64,000 nt of DNA from Thermoplasmatota archaeon (GCA_029932465.1 JAOZQA010000004.1:7980-71979); one strand, 5' to 3'; numbered from the stretch's first letter, positions 54,358 to 64,000 are shown. Translations and numbers: made by a program. The notes: generated from the sequence alone by a model not told the origin.

Positions 54358-55251
54358 ATGTATGAGGTAAGATTTCACGGGAGAGGCGGGCAGGGGGCAG
54401 TGATGGCCGCTCAGGCACTGGCAAGTGCGGCTTTTAAGGAGGGATATTACGCAGTGGCGTTCCCCTACTTCGGTGCCGAGAGGCGCGGGGCCCCTGTGCT
54501 CGCCTTTACAAGGATGGACAAGCAGAAGATACGGCGAAAGAATCAGGTATACAACCCCAGCTTCGTTGTGATTCTGGATGACCGTCTTATAGACCTGGTA
54601 AACGTCTCGGAGGGCCTTAATCCGTCCGGTGCTGCTGTTGTGAACACGAGAAAAAGTCCGGAGGAGATCGATTTGGGTATGGAGATAAAGGTGGGTGTGG
54701 TTGACGCCACTAGTGTTGCCCTTGAGGTCCTGGGAGTCCCCATTACGAACTCAGCCATCTTGGGAGCCTTCGCCAAGACAACTGGCGTGGTTTCGATAGA
54801 GGCCGTTGAGGAGGGTATAAGGGATATCTTCGGGGGCAGGATAGGGAAGGAGGCGGGGGAGAAAAACGCAAAGGCCGCAAGGGTCGCCTATGATAGGACA
54901 GTGGTGGGGACCTCCCGGGGAGAGAAAAAGATGGTCAGCAAGAAGCAATGGCTTCCTACGGTGCAGGAGCTCCCCCTGGGACTGGCGACGCGCTCTATGG
55001 AGACAGATGCAGGCCTTGTGGGCCCGGGGAGCTTTGTTGAGAATAAAACAGGCTCATGGAGGACATTCAAGCCTGTTTTTAACAGAGATAAGTGCGTGAT
55101 GTGCCTCCTCTGCTGGTTCTACTGCCCCGAAGGGGCGATAAAGAGAGTTGACGGCGGGAAGACTCTGGAGTTTGATTTTGACTACTGCAAGGGATGTGGG
55201 ATCTGCGCGGAGGAGTGTCCGACTAAAGCAATTGAGATGGTGAGGGATTGA
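54358..55251 (+). CDS. 2-oxoacid (pyruvate-type):ferredoxin oxidoreductase gamma subunit fused in-frame to the delta (2x[4Fe-4S] ferredoxin) subunit
   Basis: N-terminal gamma: MYEVRFHGRGGQGAVMAAQALASAAF...FGAERRG. In-frame internal ATG at 54931 (MVSKKQWLPTVQELPLG...NKTGSWR). Delta: CVMCLLCWFYCPEGAI...CKGCGICAEECPTKAI. There is no stop codon between the two modules. Confidence 0.85.
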   Translation: MYEVRFHGRGGQGAVMAAQALASAAFKEGYYAVAFPYFGAERRGAPVLAFTRMDKQKIRRKNQVYNPSFVVILDDRLIDLVNVSEGLNPSGAAVVNTRKSPEEIDLGMEIKVGVVDATSVALEVLGVPITNSAILGAFAKTTGVVSIEAVEEGIRDIFGGRIGKEAGEKNAKAARVAYDRTVVGTSRGEKKMVSKKQWLPTVQELPLGLATRSMETDAGLVGPGSFVENKTGSWRTFKPVFNRDKCVMCLLCWFYCPEGAIKRVDGGKTLEFDFDYCKGCGICAEECPTKAIEMVRD

Positions 55252-55252
55252 A

Positions 55253-56437
55253 ATGAGCGTAAGCAAAGTTGTTACGGGTAATTATGCCGCAGCATATGGG
55301 GCACTTCTTTCCAGAATACAGTTCGCCGCAGCCTATCCTATAACGCCCCAGACATTCATTGTTGAGCACCTCTCGGAATTTGTGCATGACGGACTTCTTG
55401 ATGCTGATTATGTCAGGGTGGAGTCCGAACACTCCGCTATGAGCGCAGTTGTTGCCGCTGAGGCCACTGGTGTGAGATCTTTCACAGCTACATCCTCACA
55501 GGGACTTGCACTAATGCACGAGGTACTCTTTCTCCCATCCGCCCTTCGTCTTCCGATAGTTATGCCCGTTGTAAACAGAACGGTTGCAGCACCCATTGGG
55601 ATTTGGTGCGAGTATAACGACACCATGCCTCAGAGAGACAGCGGCTGGATCCAGGCGTACGTAGAGGACAACCAAGAGGTCCTGGACATGGTAATACAGG
55701 CGTACAAAATAGCCGAAAATAAAGATGTGCTCCTGCCCGTGATGCTATCCATGGACGCCTTCATACTCTCCCACACAGTGGAGCCTGTTGAGTTCCCTGA
55801 TCAGGAGGCGGTTGACGCCTTCCTGCCATCCTACAAGGCGGAGCATGCCCACCTGTGGCCTGAGGATCCCATGATCATAGGCTCGTTCACACCACCCGAA
55901 TACATCCAGGAGGTGAGATATCAGACAGACCAGGCCATGAAGGCTGCGAGGGAGGTCATAAAGAGAGTCACCAAGGATTTCGCTTCCGCTTTTGGAAGGA
56001 ATTACGGCGGGCTTGTGGAGGAGTACAGAACAGATGATGCCGAGGTTGTTCTGGTAACCCTGGGAACTGTTACCTCCACTGCAAGGGATGTGGTTGATGA
56101 GATGAGAGACGAGGGAAAGAAGGTGGGCATGGTGAAGCTTAGATATTTCCGCCCGTACCCCTTTGAGGAGATACGGAAAGTGGCGGAGGGTGTCTCGGCT
56201 ATAGGCTTCTACGACAGGTCTATATCCTATGGCTCGGGCGGACCCAGCTATATAGAAGGCAGACATGCCCTCTATGGTTTGGAGATCCCGGTGATGAACT
56301 TCCTAGCAGGACTGGGAGGAAGGGACGTTCGTGTGCCGGATATAAAGCTGATGTTTGAAAAGCTACTAGAGGCTGCTAGAGTGGGTAAAGCGAAGAAAGA
56401 TATCGTATGGATCGGAACAAGGGGGGTTGAACCATGA
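55253..56437 (+). CDS. 2-oxoacid:ferredoxin oxidoreductase alpha subunit (POR/VOR type)
   Basis: 394 aa, immediately after the gamma-delta gene; typical PorA N-terminus VVTGNYAAAYGALLSRIQFAAAYPITPQT. Confidence 0.9.
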   Translation: MSVSKVVTGNYAAAYGALLSRIQFAAAYPITPQTFIVEHLSEFVHDGLLDADYVRVESEHSAMSAVVAAEATGVRSFTATSSQGLALMHEVLFLPSALRLPIVMPVVNRTVAAPIGIWCEYNDTMPQRDSGWIQAYVEDNQEVLDMVIQAYKIAENKDVLLPVMLSMDAFILSHTVEPVEFPDQEAVDAFLPSYKAEHAHLWPEDPMIIGSFTPPEYIQEVRYQTDQAMKAAREVIKRVTKDFASAFGRNYGGLVEEYRTDDAEVVLVTLGTVTSTARDVVDEMRDEGKKVGMVKLRYFRPYPFEEIRKVAEGVSAIGFYDRSISYGSGGPSYIEGRHALYGLEIPVMNFLAGLGGRDVRVPDIKLMFEKLLEAARVGKAKKDIVWIGTRGVEP

Positions 56438-57348
56438 TAAATATAAAGGATCTACCGGACGAGGAGCTCTTTACTGCCGGACATACTGCCTGCCCCGGGT
56501 GCGGTGTAGCGCTGGTGGTTAGAAACCTGATGAAGGTGTTGGGCAAGGACACCGTGGTCTATCTGCCGGCCAACTGTCTTCTGGTCTTCAGCGCTACCTA
56601 TCCGCTTGATGCCTTCAAGGTTCCCTACCTACACCTCCTGTTTGAAAATTCAGCGGTGGCCGCAGGGGCCATAAGAAGGGCACTTAAGAGATTGGGGAAA
56701 GAGCATGTGAACGTGGTGGCTCTGGCCGGAGACGGCGGAACAGCGGACATTGGTATGCAGGCTCTCTCTGGGGCTGCCGAGAGAAACGAGGACATAATCT
56801 ATGTCATGGTGGACAATGAGGCTTACATGAACACCGGGATACAGCGTTCGGGTTCCACACCCTTCGGCGCATGGACTACTACCACACCTGTTGGCAAAAA
56901 GATTATGGGGAAGACCGAGCACAAGAAAGACGTCATGAAGATTATGATGGCCCACGATGTTCCCTACGCTGCCACAGCATCCCCGGCCTTCCCTGCGGAT
57001 ATGCTGAAGAAGTTTGAGAAAGCAAAGAACAAAGAAGGCTTCAGATTCCTTCAGATATATACAACCTGTCCAACGGGATGGAGAGCTCCTTCGGAGAAAA
57101 CAATAACGCTGGCGAAAATGGCTGTTGAAACGGGGATCTTCCCGCTGCTTGAATATGAGAACGGCCTTCTGACGGTGAACTATCGCCCCAAGGGGAAGTA
57201 CACCTTGGAGGAGTATCTGAAGATCCAGGGGAGGTTCAGACACTTCACCCCTGAGATGGTCGAAGAGGTGAAGCGCTGGATCGACATGAGATGGAAGTGG
57301 ATCCGGACGATAGAAGAGGGCCAGAAAGTGGTGAGCGGGGGGGAGTGA
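56434..57348 (+). CDS. 2-oxoacid:ferredoxin oxidoreductase beta subunit (TPP-binding)
   Basis: 304 aa. CPGCG near the N-terminus and GDGGTADIG TPP motif; 4-nt overlap with the alpha subunit gene. Confidence 0.9.
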   Translation: MINIKDLPDEELFTAGHTACPGCGVALVVRNLMKVLGKDTVVYLPANCLLVFSATYPLDAFKVPYLHLLFENSAVAAGAIRRALKRLGKEHVNVVALAGDGGTADIGMQALSGAAERNEDIIYVMVDNEAYMNTGIQRSGSTPFGAWTTTTPVGKKIMGKTEHKKDVMKIMMAHDVPYAATASPAFPADMLKKFEKAKNKEGFRFLQIYTTCPTGWRAPSEKTITLAKMAVETGIFPLLEYENGLLTVNYRPKGKYTLEEYLKIQGRFRHFTPEMVEEVKRWIDMRWKWIRTIEEGQKVVSGGE

Positions 57349-57375
57349 TCCCTGGCGAAAGAGACTACAGAGGGT

Positions 57376-57993
57376 GTGACCCCCACCCGGATGGAGCTTC
57401 TCTCCATCCGCAGGAGAAGGGCCCTTGCCCAGAGAGGGCATAAGCTTCTGGGGGACAAACGAGACGCTCTAATCATGGAGTTTTTCACCCTTCTGAAGAG
57501 AAGGGATGAGGTGAGGGAGGAGGTGATGCGGGCCTACGCAAGCGCTAGGGAGTCTATTTTCCAGGCGGAAGCGCTCCTTGGGCCCCAGGAGCTGGAGAGA
57601 GCTATAAGCGGAGCAAAGGAGATGCCTAGGATACCCATGGGCTTTGTGAATATAATGGGGGTAAAGACCCCCCGGGTGTCTGTCGAGGTCGTCCCGGACG
57701 AAGTGGAATACCGCTGGGGCCCCTCACCTCCTATTGATGAGGTGGCCAGAAGGTTTCTGGATCTCTCAAGAGGCCTCCTCAAACTTGCCGAGGTTGAGGC
57801 ATCTATACACCGGCTGGCCATAGAGATTGAGAAAACCAAAAGAAGGGTAAATGCCCTAGAGCACATATTCATCCCCCGGATGGAGGCTGCAGAAAGATAC
57901 ATCACCATGGCCCTGGAAGAGAGGGAGAGGGAGGATTTCTTCCGAAGAAAAAGAATAAAGACACTCCTTGAGAGGAGAGCAGAAGGCCTGTAA
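57376..57993 (+). CDS. atpD: A/V-type ATP synthase subunit D
   Basis: 205 aa. PTRMELLSIRRRRALAQRGHKLLGDKRDALIMEF is the classical subunit D N-terminus, with coiled-coil character throughout. Confidence 0.85.
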   Translation: MTPTRMELLSIRRRRALAQRGHKLLGDKRDALIMEFFTLLKRRDEVREEVMRAYASARESIFQAEALLGPQELERAISGAKEMPRIPMGFVNIMGVKTPRVSVEVVPDEVEYRWGPSPPIDEVARRFLDLSRGLLKLAEVEASIHRLAIEIEKTKRRVNALEHIFIPRMEAAERYITMALEEREREDFFRRKRIKTLLERRAEGL

Positions 57994-58016
57994 AATCCCC
58001 GGAAGGAGATCTGTAC

Positions 58017-60125
58017 ATGAGGGTGAGGAGGTCAGCCTATCGACAACCTGTCAGCGCGGGAGCACTTAAAGGGATTGAAGAGGGCACATTGAGATGGTTT
58101 GACCCTGATGCTTATGCAAGTCTGAACTCTGGTGTTCTTGAACAGTACCTTGACGAGCTCAACAGAGAGCATTCCTTCACCCGCTCCAAATTCGTCTGGT
58201 GGAAAGTGCTCTTAGGAATATCTATTGGGCTTATATTCACTGTTATAACCCAGTATATTGGCCTCAAGATAGGGCTGGTCACCGGGGGAGCTTGGTATGT
58301 GACATACCTTGTGGGAATGGCCCTAAAATGGGACCCCACAGAGATAAACATAACATCAGGGGCCGCCACCGCCACAGATAGAACAGTCACGGGATTTGTC
58401 TTTACCTTCCCTGCCATCTATCTCCTAGCAATGTCCCCCAGATATATGCTTTCGGACGGCTCCCATCTCATCTCCGCCCAGCAGCTTGAGGGCATTCTCC
58501 CGTTGGCCATGGTCTCTTCCATAATAGCATCCCTGCTGGGCCTTATGTACTTCATAATCTTCAGGCGCCTCTGGCTGGTGGAGGATCCTCTTCCTGCACC
58601 AGGGTTTCAGGCCTTCATCAAACTCACTGAGATAGCGGGGGACATCTCCTCCGGGGCCATTCACAGGGCGAGGAGATCCATCCGCCTGGTTCTCTTCTCC
58701 TTCTTCTCCTGGCTTCTCTTCTCCTTCCTAAAGGAATTCCCAGTGGCCGGGAAACCACCCCTAGACCACATCTTTGGAGGTAGCATGTACTCCCACGGCA
58801 CCCTACGAATGCCCTACTCCGCCTCCACCTACACCCACGTGGCTTACGAATTTACCGGGATAGGTTTCGCAATAGGCTGGTTTATGAAGTTCAGAACGGC
58901 CTTTCTGGTAGCCTTCGGCTCATTTGTAACATGGTTCTTCATGGTCCCCCTTGCGGTTTACCTCAACGTACCCCTTTACGTCCCCATGCTCGATGACCCC
59001 GCGAGGGGAATGAACGGCATGGTCTCCCCGAGGTCTTTCCCCATCACGTACATAGAAGGGGGGGAGCTGAGATACCTTCTCGGGGCTCAATCCCCCGCTA
59101 TAGCCGCCGCTACAGGTCTAGTTAAGATAGTCGCCATCGGAGCTATCCTTGGTGGGGGGGTTACGGCTCTTCTCAAGATGCTTCCCACATTCAGGAGGGT
59201 CTTCTCCGACATAAGAAGCACTCGGGGGGAGGAGAAGAGGGAGTGGGTCAGGGGTAAGGGTTGGTACGAATGGCCAACACAGCACATCAGCATTATGGTA
59301 TCATTAGCCGCGGTTTTCATATTCTCCGTCTTCGTAATTTCGGGCTATCCCCTTCTCGCATCCCTTATATACGCCCTTCTCCTTGTCACCCTAACTTTCG
59401 TTTTGGGGGCCATTGCGGTCAAGGTCTCAGGTGAGGTGGGAACCACACCTGTCTCGGGGACTTCTTTCATAACCCTCATCATCCTTTTCATCTCCTTCCT
59501 CGTTGTGGATAGGATAACTCCGTTCCCCGGGGGGAAGAGCCAAATCCTTTTAATGAGCCTTGTGGGAACAACGGTCTTCGGCTCCGCCATATCTTTATCC
59601 TCGGAGATTATGTGGGACTTTAAGGTGGGCCTTTATGTGGGCACAAGACCCCTCCACCTCGTGAAGGCCGAGTCCATTTCCATAATTGTCGGGACTATAT
59701 CGGCAGCCTTGGCAGCGGTCTTCTTCTCCACGCTTCTTGCAAAGGGAGAGCTTGACCTTCAGGCACCACAGGCGCACGCCTTCGCCGTATTTGCCCAGAT
59801 CCTGGCGGGCGGTAAGGTGATGGCTTCCGTTTTCGTGATGGGAATAATAATTGGGGTCATGATGGAGTTGCTGACGGGGATGGGCACGGCCTTTGGTCTT
59901 GGAATGTATCTGCCCTTACAGTACACCCTCATGCTGGTGACAGGCGGTGCAGCGAGAGACATATGGGAGAAAAGAAGGCTTGAGAGGAGAGCTAAGGAAC
60001 TGGGCTGGGGAGAGAGGGAGAGAACCTTTGCACTTCTAGACACCTATATGTTGGCAACGGGCCTCTACATCGCCGAGGCAGTTATGGGCATTGTGCTGGC
60101 AATATACCTGGTGACGGGGTCTTGA
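58017..60125 (+). CDS. OPT-family oligopeptide transporter
   Basis: 702 aa with about 16 predicted TM helices. Size and organisation match the OPT family. Confidence 0.75.
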   Translation: MRVRRSAYRQPVSAGALKGIEEGTLRWFDPDAYASLNSGVLEQYLDELNREHSFTRSKFVWWKVLLGISIGLIFTVITQYIGLKIGLVTGGAWYVTYLVGMALKWDPTEINITSGAATATDRTVTGFVFTFPAIYLLAMSPRYMLSDGSHLISAQQLEGILPLAMVSSIIASLLGLMYFIIFRRLWLVEDPLPAPGFQAFIKLTEIAGDISSGAIHRARRSIRLVLFSFFSWLLFSFLKEFPVAGKPPLDHIFGGSMYSHGTLRMPYSASTYTHVAYEFTGIGFAIGWFMKFRTAFLVAFGSFVTWFFMVPLAVYLNVPLYVPMLDDPARGMNGMVSPRSFPITYIEGGELRYLLGAQSPAIAAATGLVKIVAIGAILGGGVTALLKMLPTFRRVFSDIRSTRGEEKREWVRGKGWYEWPTQHISIMVSLAAVFIFSVFVISGYPLLASLIYALLLVTLTFVLGAIAVKVSGEVGTTPVSGTSFITLIILFISFLVVDRITPFPGGKSQILLMSLVGTTVFGSAISLSSEIMWDFKVGLYVGTRPLHLVKAESISIIVGTISAALAAVFFSTLLAKGELDLQAPQAHAFAVFAQILAGGKVMASVFVMGIIIGVMMELLTGMGTAFGLGMYLPLQYTLMLVTGGAARDIWEKRRLERRAKELGWGERERTFALLDTYMLATGLYIAEAVMGIVLAIYLVTGS

Positions 60126-60252
60126 GCTGGTTCAGATCTCTATTGCACTTTTAGAAATACCAAAAAAGAGTAGGGAACACAGAAAAATAACACTAAAAAA
60201 CAAAAAATGGAGAGAGGGCGCTGGGGCCCTTCGCACGCTACGAAGAGCCGTC

Positions 60253-60471
60253 TTACGCCTTCATTATCTTCATCCAGCCCTTGCTCTCGTAGACGGCAAG
60301 GCCCCTTTTCTTGAGTATGTTCTCAAAATCCTCCCAGGAAATCACCTCAAGGCGTTCATTGTTTCCTTTTGTGAACTGAACGCCATCCGTTCCCTTCACA
60401 CGGCCGGGTTTAAGCCCCTTCTCCTCAGCAATCTTCTTAGCCTGTTCCACAGATATTTTCTGCATTGCCAA
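60253..60471 (-). CDS. Small hypothetical protein
   Basis: 72 aa, K-rich, no recognised motif; AT-rich flanks. Confidence 0.4.
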   Translation of the reverse strand: MAMQKISVEQAKKIAEEKGLKPGRVKGTDGVQFTKGNNERLEVISWEDFENILKKRGLAVYESKGWMKIMKA

Positions 60472-60649
60472 AATCTTACCTCCTAGGGTGGGATATCAGG
60501 CCCCTGTACCCCAGAAGGGGTATTTTATTCAAAATATATATAACTTTCTGAAAAAAGGGCGTGTCCAGGCATATTTTGGCCTGTAAATCTCACAAAAATC
60601 GCCGAAATGTGCCAGTGAGATTATCCTCAAGAGGCAGAAAATAGGACGC

Positions 60650-60913
60650 TCATCCCACTGCCCGGAAAACCTCAAGGAGCAGTCTCTCATAGTCATCCGC
60701 CATTTTCTGAAGAGCATTTTTTATTTCCTCGGGCCCATCAAGCTTTTCAATGGTCTCAAGGATGGGAAGTACTTCCTTGACGAAAGCCGTTATCTCCTTG
60801 AGCTCCTCCATGGCCCTTATATCACCTTCGAAAGCCTGATCTATTGTTTTTATAATTTCTTCAATCACTGGGTTTTCTGCCGTCTTCACCATCGATATCA
60901 CAGCCTCTAACAT
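60650..60913 (-). CDS. Small acidic helical hypothetical protein, translationally coupled to hypE
   Basis: 87 aa; its start overlaps the hypE stop by 7 nt. Confidence 0.4.
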   Translation of the reverse strand: MLEAVISMVKTAENPVIEEIIKTIDQAFEGDIRAMEELKEITAFVKEVLPILETIEKLDGPEEIKNALQKMADDYERLLLEVFRAVG

Positions 60914-61974
60914 ATTCTGGGTACAGGGTCCCCTAGGGGGGGGTCCACGATCCTCAGCCCTCCTGAGAGCGTTTCCATAACAACACCCTTGAAATCTTGG
61001 GTTACCTCCCCTATAATCTCCGCCCTCTCTCCCCCTTTAACCTTCTTTATACTCTCAAGAACCTCCTCTGCCTTTTCCCTCACAACGGCCAAGATGAGCT
61101 TCCCTTCGTTGCCTATCTCAAGTGGTTCAATGCCCAACATCTCACAGGCGGCTTTGACCCCCTCATTCATTGGCAATCTCTCCTCGTATATCTTTATACC
61201 AAAACCGCTCTTCTCAGCCCACTCATTCAAAGCATTTGAAACGCCCCCTCTCGTCGGATCTTTTGCCGATACTACCCCCCCCGCTCTTAAAGCACTCTTC
61301 AGGATATGGTTGACGGGCATCACATCGGAGACGATCTCTGTCTCGAAACCGTATCCCTCTCTTTTTGAGAGCACAGCAATCCCGTGGTCACCGATGGTAC
61401 CGCTTATAATTATAGCATCCCCAGGGCGGACCTTGCTGTCAAGGAGCCAGGGAGTGCCTCCTCTCCTCCCGGCAATCTCCCAGTTTTCCATCAGATAGGG
61501 GTGCATTCTGCCTATCCCTGCGGTGGTCAAATATATACCACCTTCTCTCCTCTCCACCACCTTTGTGTCTCCGGTTACTACCTCAACCCCAGCCTCTTCG
61601 GCAGCCTCACCCACGCTCTTTGAGATATTTATTAGGTCTTCAACCGGAAAGCCCTCTTCTATGATTATCCCAAGGGCAATAGCAATCCCCTCGGAGCCTA
61701 TGGCAGCTAGATCGTTCACGGTCCCTGCAACAGAGAGTCTTCCTATATCCCCCCCGGGGAAGATATAGGGTGTGACTGTATGCCCATCTATGGTGAGGGC
61801 CCATTGACCGATAACCGCTGAGTCATCCAGTTCCTTGAGCCCTATGTCGGCTACACCCTTTCTGGAGAAGTTCACTGTGAGCTTCTTCAGCAGATCCTGC
61901 ATGGCCCTTCCCCCCGCCCCCATCATCATGTTGACTTTTTCATTTTCCCTGTCCATGGAGCGGGGTAAAACCAC
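60907..61974 (-). CDS. hypE: Hydrogenase maturation factor HypE (PurM/AIR-synthase superfamily)
   Basis: FPGGDIGRLSVAGTVNDLAAIG, VVTGDTKVV, GTIGDHGIAVLSKREGYGFETEIVSD, TRGGVSNALNEW, and the diagnostic C-terminal ...PRIC. The real start is probably the internal MMMGAGGRAM at about 61929. Confidence 0.85.
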   Translation of the reverse strand: MVLPRSMDRENEKVNMMMGAGGRAMQDLLKKLTVNFSRKGVADIGLKELDDSAVIGQWALTIDGHTVTPYIFPGGDIGRLSVAGTVNDLAAIGSEGIAIALGIIIEEGFPVEDLINISKSVGEAAEEAGVEVVTGDTKVVERREGGIYLTTAGIGRMHPYLMENWEIAGRRGGTPWLLDSKVRPGDAIIISGTIGDHGIAVLSKREGYGFETEIVSDVMPVNHILKSALRAGGVVSAKDPTRGGVSNALNEWAEKSGFGIKIYEERLPMNEGVKAACEMLGIEPLEIGNEGKLILAVVREKAEEVLESIKKVKGGERAEIIGEVTQDFKGVVMETLSGGLRIVDPPLGDPVPRIC

Positions 61975-62090
61975 TCTGAATAAAATACTATCCCCTTAAT
62001 CTCTGGCATTGGTATGTGAGGAGGCCACACCAAAAAGGTTAAAGTGCTGTGTTGCTAAACAGTAATGAAAAAAGCCCCGGTGGTATTCAC

Positions 62091-64000
62091 ATGACACCAA
62101 AATCCCTCTGCACTCTTGTCGCAGTTTTGATCTCTCTTCTCCCATTCCCCTATCTGTATACTTTGAATGAAAGTGTCGGTCAGGGGTCCTTTGAGGAGAC
62201 CTCCTATGAGGTGAATAGCTTGGTCGAGTGGAGTCTCACCTCCCCCTCCAACACCACTGAACTCTTCAGAGTGGAAACGACTAATGTCGGAACCACCTTG
62301 TCCAAGTACATCACTCCCCCTAGAGCTATTGCAAGCTCTGTCAATTACTATACTCATTACTTCTCTGGGGGGTACAGAACTGTGGCATATTATGAAGGTC
62401 ACATATTCCAGGTGTGGCGGGACTCAACGGGTAGAAGTGTATACCTCAGATACTCTGTCGATAACGGCAGCACCTTCTCCAGCCCAATTCTTGTAGCTAG
62501 CTCTTCAACAGATTATCTCGCGTTCCCGGGGGTTCTTGTGGAAGAGGGAAGGATACATGTCTTCTATAGGTCATATTACGGGAGAAAATATTATGAAAAG
62601 TGGGTAAACATAACGGACACCGTGAACATCACCCGAGCAACACCGCTTCAGGTGAACGTCTATTATTCCAATGACTACCCTTACGTATATTATGATGTAA
62701 CCAGTGATAGATCATACATCTACCTGGTTCATACAACGTCTAACCACAGGTTACAACTCTGGCGGAGAGCTAAAACCTCCTCCTCTTGGGAGAGCAGTCC
62801 GATAAACCTCACGGGAACGAGAAAAGCCCTCTACTGTGCCATAACCTCAACGGCTGTTGGGAGCAGAGATTACTTGGTTGTAGCCTATGCAAGATATTTC
62901 CAATGGGGTGTTTCAGACGGATATGTTCATACTTTCACCCTGAGAAATTATGGGACAACCACGGTTTATTCCAGAACGGCCATATCGGCTACAAGAAACT
63001 TCCGCCAACTCTCAATTGTCAGCGATGGAGGATACAATATATACCTTACTGCATCTTTGAGCTCCCAGGACGACATATATTTCACCAAGAGTACAAACCT
63101 CGGAGGTAGTTGGGGACCAGCTCAGGTGATTGTGGCCAACAGGGGCTCTCCTTCACAGGGTTATATTGCTTATGATCAAAGCATTGGAAGAGATTCTGAG
63201 GGAAGACTCGTAGTGGTTTATGAGCACAGTTCATCGAACATATATATGGTTTACTCTACTGACAACGGAAACAGCTGGACCCCGGAATACAAGCAGGTAA
63301 AGGTCGTATCCGGATCTGCCTTCGATCCATGCATAGCCACCTGCGGATACGTGATAGATTATCTCACAGGAAGCAATCCCTATTCGCTAAAACAGGTTTC
63401 AATATTCGTCCCCGCCGTGGAAGGCACTTTCAACACCACAGCTAGAGTCTCTCTCCCCCTACTTCGTTACGACGCTATATTTGTGAATGCCTCCTATCAC
63501 GGAGAGGGAGAGGTTCTGTTAAGGGTGTTTAATGGAGAGGACAATGGGCTTCTTATGAACTGGACAACCATTAACTTCTCAGCCTCCGGATGGGCTGGAG
63601 GACTTCATTATACGGCAATTATCTCCTTATCTGGCATGAGTTGGGCTGAAAGGACCCCACCGATGAAAGTCTATTTTGAGTTCAAAATCAAATGCCCGAT
63701 CTGGGAAAAGAGACCTTTCATCCGATGGGTGGCACTTAATTTCACAGCTGCATATCCTTACTGGGACAATTTCACAGACCTCACCGGGATTTCCTACTAT
63801 GAAGAGATGGACTACAGCGACGGAAGATTCAAGCTGAAGATTGGTGCGCTGTTTGCGAAGATAGAGACGGAAATTATACAGATAGAGGATAGATATCCGG
63901 ATTACTTAATGCTCAACGTGAGAAATTTAAGCAGCTCAAATTACTTGAAAATTGAGGTAAGGGATGGGATTCATCCATACCCTCCGATCCCGGGATTTTC
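62091..64000 (+). CDS. Secreted BNR/Asp-box repeat protein (sialidase-like beta-propeller), 3'-truncated by the window edge
   Basis: Hand-checked open frame from the ATG at 62091 to the window end (more than 636 codons, no stop). The ORF tracker missed it because it has no stop. Signal-peptide-like N-terminus MTPKSLCTLVAVLISLLPFPYLY. Three Asp-box motifs: YSVDNGSTFS, TKSTNLGGSWG, YSTDNGNSWT. Codon usage is markedly AT-richer than the rest of the window. Confidence 0.7.
   Translation, partial: MTPKSLCTLVAVLISLLPFPYLYTLNESVGQGSFEETSYEVNSLVEWSLTSPSNTTELFRVETTNVGTTLSKYITPPRAIASSVNYYTHYFSGGYRTVAYYEGHIFQVWRDSTGRSVYLRYSVDNGSTFSSPILVASSSTDYLAFPGVLVEEGRIHVFYRSYYGRKYYEKWVNITDTVNITRATPLQVNVYYSNDYPYVYYDVTSDRSYIYLVHTTSNHRLQLWRRAKTSSSWESSPINLTGTRKALYCAITSTAVGSRDYLVVAYARYFQWGVSDGYVHTFTLRNYGTTTVYSRTAISATRNFRQLSIVSDGGYNIYLTASLSSQDDIYFTKSTNLGGSWGPAQVIVANRGSPSQGYIAYDQSIGRDSEGRLVVVYEHSSSNIYMVYSTDNGNSWTPEYKQVKVVSGSAFDPCIATCGYVIDYLTGSNPYSLKQVSIFVPAVEGTFNTTARVSLPLLRYDAIFVNASYHGEGEVLLRVFNGEDNGLLMNWTTINFSASGWAGGLHYTAIISLSGMSWAERTPPMKVYFEFKIKCPIWEKRPFIRWVALNFTAAYPYWDNFTDLTGISYYEEMDYSDGRFKLKIGALFAKIETEIIQIEDRYPDYLMLNVRNLSSSNYLKIEVRDGIHPYPPIPGF

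Overview
This GC-rich window looks archaeal. Markers include membrane-bound LonB, an A-type ATPase D subunit, pyruvoyl-dependent arginine decarboxylase, alpha'2-type tRNA-splicing endonuclease, Nep1, NMD3, the prefoldin-alpha/FtsY/L18Ae cluster, POR-type 2-oxoacid:ferredoxin oxidoreductase and a PGF-CTERM surface protein. The window is densely coding, mostly on the minus strand in its first half and the plus strand in its second. Housekeeping genes flank a large accessory, surface-oriented block at about 15.5-39.1 kb. The most unusual content is a minus-strand operon at 15520..30328: two paralogous giant proteins (1968 and 2399 aa), each with an archaeal class III (prepilin-like) signal peptide and an internal von Willebrand factor A (vWA) domain with a metal-ion-dependent adhesion site (MIDAS), and two small pilin-like proteins. 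Immediately upstream lies a 920-aa type I membrane protein that joins a long extracellular Ig-like array to a cytoplasmic C-terminal DnaJ J-domain. I read this as a candidate type-IV-pilus-like adhesive surface system, with the giant proteins as PilY1-analogous adhesins. Other points of note: an nfeD operon with three tandem SPFH (stomatin-like) paralogs; a winged-helix regulator with three internal TerB-like repeats; a 1575-aa surface protein resembling a peptidase C25 (gingipain-like) protease; an in-frame PorG-PorD fusion; an atpD gene isolated from any A1AO operon; HypE with its C-terminal PRIC motif; and an AT-richer, compositionally atypical 3' end encoding a BNR/Asp-box repeat protein that runs off the window. 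I could not identify any tRNA, rRNA or CRISPR array by eye.
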